Assembly (NCBI RefSeq): GCF_006345805.1
Contig: NC_043001.1
Coordinates: forward strand, 60,636,001 to 60,700,000
From: Octopus sinensis
Taxonomy: Eukaryota
DNA length: 64,000 nt
Direction of reading: 5' to 3'
This document shows positions 10,969 to 22,375 of this stretch, piece after piece. Within the stretch, counting starts at the first letter, position 1. Every line of letters starts with the position of its first letter. Below the pieces are notes generated by a model. The model did not search any database. It had not been told where the DNA came from and was given only the letters and a program-made list of their open reading frames with translations. The position numbers were made by a program, and so were the translations under genes.

Positions 10969-11304
10969 ATATATATGTATGTGTGTGTGTGTACATATAT
11001 ATATATGTGTGTGTGTGTGTACGTGTATATATATGTGTATATATGTGTATAAGTGAGAGTCTCCTTATTTACCTAAAACCCTATTATTCTATTTATTCTT
11101 TTATCTACTTTATCACTAATTCCTTTGACCACTCCCCTAAGAATGATAGTTTGCGCCATGAATACCCCAAAAAGTCCCCCACCACCACCCCTTTAAACCT
11201 GCCTAAATGTATAAATGCCAAAACTATTCTTGTTACCTAGCTTCCTGATGATTTCTTTTGAATGAAACAGTTCTAGTCCTGTAGAAGCTCCTTCTATAAA
11301 ATAA
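10631..11304 (+). mobile_element. 3' end/pLTR of the Naiad-type PLE
   Basis: Forward copy of 2809-3397. It ends in an HHR followed by TATAAAATAAA. Confidence 0.8.
11239..11289 (+). ncRNA. Type I hammerhead ribozyme, canonical core
   Basis: agcttc(11239-44) CTGATGA(11245-51) stem II GAAA(11264-67) cag..ctg TA(11282-83) gaagct(11284-89). Confidence 0.88.
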
Positions 11305-11371
11305 ATTAATTTACTCTGCTATGTATTGAGTACCTTATTTACTGTGGTTAACCCCGACTCAACCCGGGACC

Positions 11372-11424
<53 letters not shown>

Positions 11425-11508
11425 TATATATATGTATATATATACCTATATGTTTATGTATGTATGAACAGATATGAGTTTACTTACAACTGTATGTGTG
11501 TGTATAGG

Positions 11509-11547
<39 letters not shown>

Positions 11548-11798
11548 TCAAATATTAATTCTAATAATATAGTGTAAATTTAATAATAATTTTACCAGGT
11601 AGCCATACCGGTAATTTTTACAAAATACAAAATATTGATGCATTATTGTACTTTTGCTTGCCTCCAATAAAGTGTACCATTCTCGGAGATTTTAAGATGG
11701 TAAAAAGGAGTATCCCATTTATTTCTTACGGTTCGTGGTGATGTAGAAAGCCGACCGCTTTTTATAATTATATATATATTTATAAAATATTGTACGTG

Positions 11799-11841
<43 letters not shown>

Positions 11842-12150
11842 CATGTTACATTACTCAATAGTCAAGATAAAACCCTGAGTTTCAGATGCCGAAGTGGAAA
11901 TCCACAACACCATCTCTTCGGTTATCTGGCTATCTGAAAAACGCTATGAAAAAATAACGTTATATAAAGGGAAATTACAGTATTATAATTCTGCTCGCGA
12001 CCCACGTGCCTACTCATACGTCACTATGAAAACGTACACATCTTCACTCGCATTTTCTATCAGTGTTAAGAAATATCTACCTATATTGAAGGTCACCTCG
12101 GGTGAGTAAGGGGGTGTAAACCGGATGATCTTCCCATTTCTATTTTTCCT

Positions 12151-12994
12151 AAAATTTTAGTTAAAAATAATGGTGAGAGAATTTCTGGCCTCTCCTCTGA
12201 TAAGGACATTTTTAATACCGTTGCCCCAGTTTATAATAAGGCTTTAAAAGATAGTGGTTTTAGCGAAAAAATAAAATATACACCTGTTACTAGCCCAACA
12301 GTAAAGAAGAGGAAAATAGAAATGGGAAGATCATCCGGTTTACACCCCCTTACTCACCCGAGGTGACCTTCAATATAGGTAGATATTTCTTAACACTGAT
12401 AGATAGACATTTTCCAGTTGACCATACTTGTGGGAATCTCTTCAATAAACACAACTTAAAAATTAGTTTTAGTTCTACTACCAATTTAAAAAATATAATC
12501 AAGCATGACACACAAAAATACAGCAGGAGGGCAGCTGTTCATGCAGGAATAAAAAATTGTGCCCGCTAAATGGAGTTTGAATGTCCGAGACCATCATCTA
12601 TGAAGCTACCGTAGACTCTATAACCACTAAAGACACCGTTTCGACGAAGAAATACGTGGGCCTTACAGAGGGTAATTGCAAGTCCAGGTTCAATAACCAC
12701 ACCTTGAGTTTTAGGCACTGGAACAAAAGAAAAGCGACACAATTATCTAATCATATTTGGTCTTTAAAAGATAAAGGTGTCGAATATAACATACATTGGA
12801 AGATTTTGGCCAAATGTAAGCCCTATACCAACGGCAGCGGAAGGTGCGGTCTATGCGAGATGGAGAGATGGCTTATCTGGAAAAGCAGCTTGGACCCTAC
12901 TACATGTCTAAACTCAAGAACAGAACTTTTCGGATCATGCCCATATGTGACTAAATTTTTGTTACGTTTTTGGTCCCCTAAAGAAAACAGATAG
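12151..12994 (+). pseudogene. Naiad-type RT thumb + GIY-YIG remnant with frameshifts and an in-frame TGA at 12578-12580
   Basis: Translation gives RISGLSS..YNKALKDSGF..FTPPYS..IGRYFL..LFNKHNLKISFS, then CSCRNKKLCPLNGV*MSETIIYEA..YVGLTE..RFNNH..LSNHIWSLK..CGLCEME..LNSRTE..CPY. Confidence 0.85.
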
Positions 12995-13631
12995 AACATG
13001 TTATGTCCCATTATACCTTTTATCATATATTTTTATATTTTCACACATAATAATTTTTTCTCTACTTTTCTATCCTGCATTTCTTCCTGTGCCTATATAG
13101 ACGTGTATATAGTTTCATTTGTACACGTGTGTGAATATGTATGAGTGGGCAGTTTTTAGATGTGTGCGTGTGTGCGGGCATAAGAATGCACATATATATA
13201 TAGACGTTTTTACTTAGTATGTTTCAAAATTTTTTTTTTGTGGGGGGACATATGTATATTCAATTTTTGTATATGCGTGTGTATGTATGCGTATATAAAT
13301 ATGTGCGGGTATGTACATATATGGACGTGTGTGTGTGTATGAGTCCATAAGGGCTTATCCGTATATGTACGTGGTTTTTATGCTTTGTATACATCTTTAA
13401 CCATGGTTTTTCTTGTGTTTGTGCGTATATAGACGTATGTATGAACTTTTACGGTACGCATGTGTGTGTATGAGGTTGTATATATATGCGTATATAGTTG
13501 GCGAAAAATGCGAGTGAAGATGTATACGTTTTCATAGTGACGTATAAGTAGGCACGTGGGTCGCGAGCAGAATTATAATACTGTAACTTCCCTTTATATA
13601 ACGGTATTTTTTCATAGCATTTTTCAGATAG

Positions 13632-13716
13632 CCAGATAACCGAAGAGATGGTGTTGTGGATTTCCACTTCAGCATCTGAAACTCAGAGTTTTGTCTTGAC
13701 TATTGAGTAATGTAAC
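13632..13716 (+). ncRNA. Hammerhead-like motif with CCGAAGA core variant and long stem II (inverted copy at about 11845-11925)
   Basis: CCGAAGA(13640-46) gatg...gtgg-attt-ccac...catc t GAAA CTCA...TGAG TA(13708-09). Stem I is not clear. Confidence 0.45.
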
Positions 13717-13873
13717 ACATTATTTTATAGATAAATTTCCTCTATTTACATAATATTGAGGTCTCTTTCTTTCTTTAGTTATCTTACCGTTTTTACCAAT
13801 ATATATATATATATATATATATAAGTTGAGGTGATAAGAGATAATGGTCTCATTGAGACCCAAAGGTGTCAGG

Positions 13874-14218
13874 TAATGCTGAATAAGTGCTATAGACAGA
13901 CCATAGTTAAGTTCCAGATTCGGTAGTATTGGGAATAAAGCGTTCAAAGTTGGTTCTATGTCAGCGTGTGTATATAAGAATTGTTTGTGTAATAAGATAA
14001 ACAAACCAAGGCTGTATAGATATTAGAGCATTTATAGATAGAAGGTCTATCTATAAATGCTCTAATATCTATACAGCCTTGGTTTCTTATGTTATAACGC
14101 AAAAAGTACTTATATACACACGCTGACGTAGAACCAACGTTTGAACCACTTAATGGCAAAATTACCGAACCTGGAACTTAATTATGGTCTCTCTATAGCA
14201 CTTATTCACTTATTCAGC

Positions 14219-14222
<4 letters not shown>
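13874..14222. repeat. Long imperfect palindrome (about 170-bp arms, 3-nt loop), fold-back/MITE-like
   Basis: Centre is tagatagA-agg-Tctatcta at about 14044. The inner arm (about 45 bp) is perfectly complementary. Outer arms begin taatgctgaataagtg and end cacttattcagcatta. Confidence 0.85.
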
Positions 14223-14315
<93 letters not shown>

Positions 14316-14799
14316 GTTTATGTCTGTCGTAAAGAGCTTTGTGAAGAGGTTCTCCGCGTAAGGTGAATTGTAGGAAAATGCAGACAATTTATATATTTTT
14401 ATATACTTTATAGGACATGATACTTAAATAGAATTCCGGTTTCGTGTTTTGATAATCCTGCTTGTGAATATGGTGAAAAAATTGTAATTTAGTAGTATTT
14501 CAAGAAAGTTATATTCCATGTTGTTTGTAGCCCAAGTTGATTACATTGAATTTTGTTCGTAAAGGAACCAGCATGTAAATACATCTAATGGGATTTAATT
14601 CGTGATTGCTATTTTCCGAGACAGGTGAGATCATTACACCTTTAGGGGTAGGGAGAGGGGTGTACATTTTTGGAAGTATGTAAATATATAATATTTATAT
14701 TACGAAGTTAAAAATTCATTAATTAAAATAATGAAATAATATTCGTTCATGTAACTAAATATTTACATAATAGTGTTCGTATTCCGGTGCCGTTTGTAT

Positions 14800-15630
14800 T
14801 TTTCAATAAATATATTGTCTTTATTTGATGGTTGTTGTATAGAGATTGTTTCCTTGCACTGTTAGTGGGGTGGAAACCGTGAAGTCTTGTTTGAGATTCC
14901 CCAAACACATGTGTTCGCTCAATAGTATCTATATCTTGGGAAACGAATCTGCTACTTATGAAGTGTCGTTCCTTTTCTAGGGAACATTTTAGTTTTGCCT
15001 ATATAGTTGTGTCCACATCCTGAACAAGTTATCGCAAAAATTAAATTTTCGGATGCACAAGAGAAATTAGTCTTAATTTTGAATCTCTCTCCTTGTTTGA
15101 AGTGGAATTCCTACCTTTCCAGTAGGCTGGTGCATGGTTCACCTTCATCTTTTACATATTGGTTACATTTTTATTGAGTATAACTTCGAATTTGTCGCTA
15201 TTTCTTCTATTGATCTGGTTTGTGTTTTATTTTAACGAATTTCTGTGATTGCAGAAAGTGGTTCACAATTGGGTCCCTAATAAACGTAAGTAGATTGTGC
15301 ATAATAGTGTTGTATACTTCATTGTTTCTAAGGGTTGAGTATCGATATATAGGATAGTATTTGTAGATGAGGTTTGGGAACTGAATATGTATATTTTCAG
15401 ATTCCCTACTTTCAGAAGTTAATTATTTTTAAAAAAACGCTGCACTTGAAATGAGGCCGGTCTAACAAAGCTTAAAATTATATTGTAACACAATTTTGAA
15501 TGATCGATATCTTGCCGCAAATGAAGATTTTCTGCGGACAATAAATCAGCTTTTATAGGTAGGCAATATCTATTTTAATATTTACAAAATAGCGAATGCC
15601 GTTTACAAAGTTCCATCCCATTAATAGTAT
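14800..15630 (-). pseudogene. Decayed Neptune-type PLE (RT C-terminus, linker, GIY-YIG)
   Basis: Minus strand gives FKQGERFKIKTNFSCASENLIFAITCSGCGHNYIGKT..TLHK*QIRFPRYR, homologous to the 4825-7098 ORF. Confidence 0.75.
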
Positions 15631-15636
15631 TATTTT

Positions 15637-15690
15637 ATTCTTTTACTTGTTTCAGTCACTTGAGTGCGGCCATACTGGGGCACCACCTTA
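15637..15690 (-). mobile_element. SINE 3' terminal fragment
   Basis: ttcttttacttgtttcagtcacttgagtgcggccatactggggcaccacc. Confidence 0.65.
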
Positions 15691-16379
15691 AATAGTATAC
15701 CTATATGTTCCTACATACATGCACACATAATCGAACTTATTACATCCATCCATATAATTCAAGTTGTCTGTATGTAGTCATAACGTTCTAAAGTGATACC
15801 ACTTGTTATGCTTCTTCATTCCTCCTTTCTCGTGTTCATTTATATGAGACCGCTCATGCCGGAATTATTCGTTGCTTTAACATTAGAGAAATACTGAATC
15901 CGGATGTGAGTAGCGGTAATAACATAAATAGAGCCCTAGTTAACTCGCAACTGCTGCTGCCAAACAACTTCTTCTAACCCTCAACCTGGAGCAGACTAGA
16001 TCAAGTACACCGTTCACTAATCGCTTCCGGTCCAAAGATCAGGCAACGCTGTTTACCAAAATAAGGAATAGCGGACATAATGTCATCAGATATGACAGAC
16101 ACTATAAATTATGTTCTTCGAATAGCTCTCTCACAATTACTAGCACTACACCTCATAAATCTAGAATATATGATCCCTATAATGCCCTGTTACAATCAGG
16201 GTGAGAAAATTGCCTTTTAGCACCCGCTATAAAACTATGCAGCTGCAGGTGCCCTGCCTCCTCTGCTTTTGATAATTTATGTGTCACCAAGAATATCGCG
16301 CATCAGTCTATATTTGACTGATGCGCTATATTCTGAAGTTACTCTTCTACGAACGAGAGTACAGTATCCATCAGTATAC

Positions 16380-16490
16380 CATTTAGCCCTTTTAAACCTT
16401 CTGTAATTTTGAATTACCTCGACCAAATCTCCCTCCGTAGCTCTCTGCAATAACGCTTCCTATTTCATTTTTTTCCGATCCTTTTTCCTA
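16380..16490 (-). mobile_element. Decayed CR1-group LINE ORF2 3' fragment
   Basis: With one indel, the minus strand gives GDLVEVFKITEG, matching the RRxRGDLIEVFKI motif of CR1-type ORF2 ends. Confidence 0.5.
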
Positions 16491-16744
16491 TCATACACTG
16501 GTACGAACATACCTATATTGATACAAGCTCCATATACAGTTATTTATACGTGTATACGGTATGTGTGCATTGGTGACACCCAAGGAAATACTGGTTCAAT
16601 ACCCAATATTTTTGGGGGAAGTGAATTCCTTAAAATAATAGGTATTATATAAACTGTAGTTTATATTCATGCAAAGGAAGAAAAGATGAAAATGGAGATT
16701 TTATACTTAATAAGAGTTTATAATCAGCAACAAATCGACCATTA

Positions 16745-16825
16745 CCCTTACAGCTGTTTCTGTTATACACTATGAAATTAATTGAATATTAAATTCCATT
16801 TTCTGAACACAATCTCTTCACAGGG
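16745..16825 (-). ncRNA. Degenerate minimal hammerhead (PLE pLTR remnant)
   Basis: Minus strand reads ccct-GTGAAGA-[AU-rich stem II]-GAAAC-AGCT-GTA-aggg, with a C3G change and a palindromic stem III loop. Confidence 0.5.
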
Positions 16826-19180
16826 ATAAAATATACTCTTAGATGTTATGTATCTTTCTTTATAAATTCATAGCAGCAGTCTGCTGCGAAGAACAAAAAT
16901 AACAACAATATTATTATTTCTGATATAAATTCGAATCGTATTCGTTTCCTTAGAAGTAATTCTAAGACTAGAAATATAAAATTACTTCGGATTCTGATGT
17001 CTTTTTTATATAGGTAGCTCATCGTCTCAGTTGTCGAAAAGAATATCTAAACATTACATTTAGACATATCAATAAACGCAACAATACTGGTCTTAGTAAA
17101 TAAATTTGGTCATCTCTCATCCTTTTCTTGAAGAATATTCTGGTACACGCGTTTAAAGAACGGATGGATCGTTGTAAACGCTGGCAAAAACATGTAAATA
17201 TGTTTTAGCTAGATTGAAGCCTTGGTTAGAGTGTATATCTAAGGTATGTATGTGAATGTGTTTGAAAAATTGCAAAGCTATGCAGTAATATTCCATATTC
17301 GACAATATATTTATACGTAATTTGGTGGAATAGAAAATTGTTACAACTAGTAAGGCATGCAACATAAAGAAAATAATGAATAATGTAATTCCTTTTGTTT
17401 TGAAGTTATCTGTTTCAATACGAATCTCTTTTGACATCTCGTTTGCATTCATGCTATCAAAAATGACTGCAAACTTCTAGTAGTATTCAAATAACGATTG
17501 AGTAGTTGCACGCTTTTGAATGAAACAATCTGTGTTGTATGAACGGCCTCAAATATCAAAAGAAATTATTCATCCAGAAATGACTTGGTGGTTTCTCACT
17601 TTCTTATTCGTTACTTACGGATATATATATATATATCCGCATACTGCATTTGCCTTTATGTAATTATTTTATATTGCCGACCACGAAATTACCGGAAAAG
17701 AAGAAATCACTTGAACATTTTTAAACCTAGGATATAAACATGGTGCAACTAAATATAGTACACAGTTTTGTTGGTCAGATTGTAGATTGTATCAACATCT
17801 TGTATTTTGTTGTTAACTGATTTAAATAATGGCATTGCAAATAATGTTTGTCTTCTTTCTTATCAAAATTTTCACTCTTGTAGTCTGAAAAATAAATTTA
17901 AAATTTCACGCCTAAGGATTGGCAGAAATGCAGTAAACAATATATATACATAGCAATTAAAATAATTAATGAAGACGTATTGCTAAAAAATGACCTTGCT
18001 GCTTTGCGCCATTAAATCACTAGCGATTGAATACATACAGTATGAAATTGCATTGTTTTCGACGTCAATGATTTTATAAATATTGTTGCTAATCATGTAT
18101 ACATTTTAATGAATTTTGAACAAAATTTGGCTGTGTTTTTCAACAACGTTATGCTTTGTGTCATTTCTGTCACGATTAAATGCACTTGAGAAATAATCTG
18201 GATAAAAATAATATTATGCTATAAATGTCATGAATTTCTCATTATCACAAACTTAACCTTTACGGCAGTGCTTCATACCGTTCATATGTTCTATTTATTT
18301 TTTCTGTACTACGTATACTTACAATTATCTTGTCACTCATTATTCTGTGAATCAAATAAAGGCGACGCCTTAATACCATTTCGCTTGATTTCATATTGTA
18401 CATAAATAACTACTTACAGATATTACCTTATATCTTTATATTGACATAAAACACAATTATGAACTTTGTAATTTTTAATAAGTGATTAATAGTTAGATTA
18501 CTAAATGACTAGTAGTTATTTATACATATGTCTACATACTTGATGTAAACAGATATATATAATTAGATTAAGAGATAAATAGATAGAAAATACGCTAATA
18601 TATTTCAATTTTTTACTGCTATCTTACGGTTCTCATTCTGCTGTAATTACGTGAAATTCAAAATTGCATTAATTTACACTAGATATTGTGATATTAATAA
18701 CAGTATCCATATGTTGTAATATTCAGTACTTAAGTTGTTAACGACTTTTAAATAAATCGATGATAAACAACTATCTCCAAATGATGGTACATTCTTGTCT
18801 AGACATTCAACCTGCTTTGTTCTACAAAAAGAAATCTTTATTTTCTCTGCATGATAGAACATTTTATAATTTTTGAATCATTGTTTACTTCATAATTATC
18901 CGAAACAATACAAAAATACATTATAAGTGGTTTTATCTTCTTGCAGCCTTATGTCTGAGTATGTGGGCGCATGCATTTAATATCGTTCGATGTCTGCAAA
19001 TATATATTTTGCAAAACAACAAAAAATTAATGCTATTGCATATGAAAATGAATGCATCAGTACATGGGTCACCGTCTTTCATTAATCGTCTGTAATATAT
19101 GTTACTTAACCTGGTGTAGTAGGAATTGTTGACAAAATCGCCCATCATAAGGCAATCAACTTTATATATATATATATATC

Positions 19181-19216
<36 letters not shown>

Positions 19217-19301
19217 ATATATATACATATATATATACATACATATAGATAGATAGATATAGATATATATATCATTTAGCAACAAATATTATTTAAGAAG
19301 T

Positions 19302-19487
19302 AACTCTCTTACTCTTTTACTCTTTTACTTATTTCAGTCATTTGACTGCGGCCATGCTGGAGCACCGCCTTTAATCGAGGAACTCGACCCCGTGACATAT
19401 TATTTTGTAAGCCCAGTACTTATTTTATCGGTCTCTATTGCCGAACCGCTAAGTGACGTGGACATAAACACACCAGTATCAAGATGT
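19302..19487 (-). mobile_element. SINE 3' half with (AAAGAGT)n tail
   Basis: ctcttttactcttttac..cagtcatttgactgcggccatgctggagcaccgcc..gccgaaccgctaagtgacgtggacataaacacaccag. Confidence 0.8.
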
Positions 19488-21568
19488 AAGAGTATAAAAG
19501 AAAATATGTAGCAAGTCTCCTGAATTTTGAAGAACACCATACTTGAGATAGTGGAGCAGAAAGAGAGTTCTAACAACAAACACTGCTATGGGGCCAATAT
19601 AAAGAAATCACGAATCAGACAACAGATGGATATATCCAATAAGCAAGCTTATTTGAAGAGTATTGGTGCGGAAGTATCATACAGTAGTTCTACCTTAGAC
19701 CGTGCTTTATTTAAAAAGCACGGGTGCCCGGTAATGGAAGAGAAATCGATGACGTATAGAACATTGTTGCCGGAGACTCACTTCATCAAATTTGAGATGT
19801 AGGAATTGAATGCGTTAAGATGGTGATTATCAGAGTCTGATTTATATTCTTTCAAATGGGTTGTACCTTAGAGATTTCTAAAAGTAGGGGTATATCCCTG
19901 AATAGAGAAAACAAAGTGTCTATGAGAGAACCGAAGTGGTTGAGAAGGACCGCGTGTAATATTTATTGAAACGTCTGGTACTCTCTTTGCACAGATGTCA
20001 TATTCATATATAGTACTGAGTCTCTTAGAAAGTAAGAGATGGTTTTCAGGCATATTTAATCGATTTCATATCTGAAGCCAAGCGGGAAGAAAATTTCCAT
20101 GGTTGGAAGATAATGAAAAAGATTTGCTAACTACAAGAGAAGTTTTTGCAAAGGAAGTAAATGTGTAGCCTTCAGATTGGGAGATGCTTAAGCCATGCTA
20201 TTTTTTAATAATTAATGTATTTAATATGCATATTTGTAAGAGTGTGGAAAGGAATTTCACAGAACAATGCCATCTGACGTATATTTTTTAATTATTGTTT
20301 ACGTTACTCCCAGTATTTCTTTACACGCCATATTTCTTTAAATAGGTACCATGGAATAAATCGACAATAAGGGAAATAATTAATCACTTCAAACTAATGG
20401 CTTTTGTGTATTTTGCAGAAATTAGTTACTATTACTTAGAAAGGCGTTTAAGATGGCCAGCAAAGTTACCAGATAATCAAACGATGTAGTCTTAAATGAG
20501 ACGGACACGTTAGTTAATGTAGACAAGGATAATGACGAATTAAAGGCAATCTTTATCATATATTTATATGTGGGTTCAAACTTAAGCAATTTATTAAAAT
20601 ATTAATTTAGGCTTCAGAAAATGAGTTTGAAATGCAGTGCTGCATATTAAGTTAAATACGTCAACCTTATAGACTTTCTATTTTTATATGAAATATTACT
20701 CGACACACTAATGTTATATACTCTTGTTTTCCCGTATATTCCTCTCCTAAAGGATGGCAACCTTCTCTTTGTCTGTTCATGCAAAAGACTGAGTATTGTG
20801 ACATCATTTAAGCAGACCAAATGTCTATAATGAATATAAATCTATCATAATCACAGAAGAAATAAACTGGCTTAAAAGCCTAGCCGACTAAACTTATAGA
20901 AGTAAGTACTAAAATAATAACATTCTCTTTTTCTCTGAATCAATTGTAAAGTAGATTTCACCGGTTACTGTATGCAAAGATGCTACACACATACACAAAT
21001 ATGTATGCCTATAAGTATATATATTTGTATGTATGTATGTCTATGTATGTATATATGCACTTACACATCTACACACATGAACTTAAATGTGCACATATAT
21101 ATGCATACACAAACACAACACGCATATATATATATCGCCGTCAAAGATCAGCTAGTAATTTATCGCTAAGAATCAAAGTATTCTGCATTTGCATAAGAAA
21201 AATCTACTGCGATATTTAGGAGCTAACACTCGAGAAACTCCAACACATCGTAATCGTTTCTCTAATGGGATTCAGATTTCAAATCGTAATTATAGCAAAA
21301 TTGACTGTCGCCTAAATTTAGTCATTCATTCGTGAACATGTGAGAGATAGAGAAGAATGAATGTGTCATAAATATTCTCAAGTGAATGTCCCATGCTAAA
21401 TCATTGATTGTGCAACTATAAGATAAACAGTCAGCGTAGAGGAAAATGAGCTATTTCAGACAAGTCTGTCCAATTGCCTTTCTATGATTGAGTGTGCGTG
21501 CAGAAAATGAAGACGGACCGGAAAGTCAATGAATGAGATGCGATTGCACAGTCTGCAAAATGCAGAAA

Positions 21569-22248
21569 GTAAGATAACTAATTATGGGAAGATTATGGGG
21601 CTGGTAAAAGCTGGAATGTACAACATTCCTTGCTTTCGGAAATGACATTTAGCCAGGCAAGCAATTGTTCTTCGTCAGCTTTTTGTAAAAGAGAATTTCA
21701 CATCAGAATTAACCAGTTTTCGAAGATCATAATGTCGATGGCGTTGGTAATGACGGCTAAATATGCGACGGTGGTAAGATAGAAGAAAACTATAACGACG
21801 AGGATGATCTGGCATATGTGGGTATTTTGAGTGGTTATTTTATATTGTAGCAATGGCAGCCATGATAGAATTTTACATTGTGACAGCAAAATGTGCCAAA
21901 CCGAGCATGGATTTGTAAAGAATAAACACATTCTTCAATGATTCTCTTAAATTGCGAAATAAAAATGACTTCATATCAGATAAAATAGCAAATCTTAATT
22001 AAAGAGGGAAAACTGTTAGTAGGGAGTACAGATTATGCCAGACAACACATAAGATCAAATTATTATATAATTTTTGCTGCAAAAATATGCGTTTTTGTAC
22101 TGGAAATTCTAAATGAATTCAATAGATAATACGCCAGTCTAATTCAAGAATTAAATATGGTAATACAACGTTTTAAGACAATATGAGAGTCATATAATGC
22201 AAACTTATATGCGAACGTATATATGTATGCGTATGTGCGTGTATATAT

Positions 22249-22301
<53 letters not shown>

Positions 22302-22318
22302 ATATATATGTGTGTGTG

Positions 22319-22375
<57 letters not shown>

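Larger units (their letters stand above)
11844..13717 (+). mobile_element. Second Naiad-type PLE family, 5'-truncated, with a two-part 5' inversion
   Basis: 11844-12056 is the reverse complement of 13505-13717, and 12057-12150 is the reverse complement of 12310-12402. The forward body starts at about 12151. Confidence 0.85.

Noticed and set aside
8245-11052. Many long ORFs (for example 8549-9355 and 9549-10682) rich in Y/I/H/T or M/C/V/Y
   Set aside because: They are translations of (TA)/(TG)/(TATG) microsatellites that lack stops. The same applies to similar ORFs at 22-25 kb, 36.2 kb, 46.7 kb, 52.3 kb and 63.6 kb.
12995-13717. SECIS element for the TGA at 12578
   Set aside because: ATGA/GTGA starts at about 13131, 13141, 13339, 13441, 13470, 13514 and 13538 lacked the expected AA spacing and downstream GA by eye, so none is called. 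SECISearch is needed.
19500-20200. Higher-complexity stretch suggesting a decayed LINE or transposase
   Set aside because: No diagnostic motif could be recovered by manual translation.
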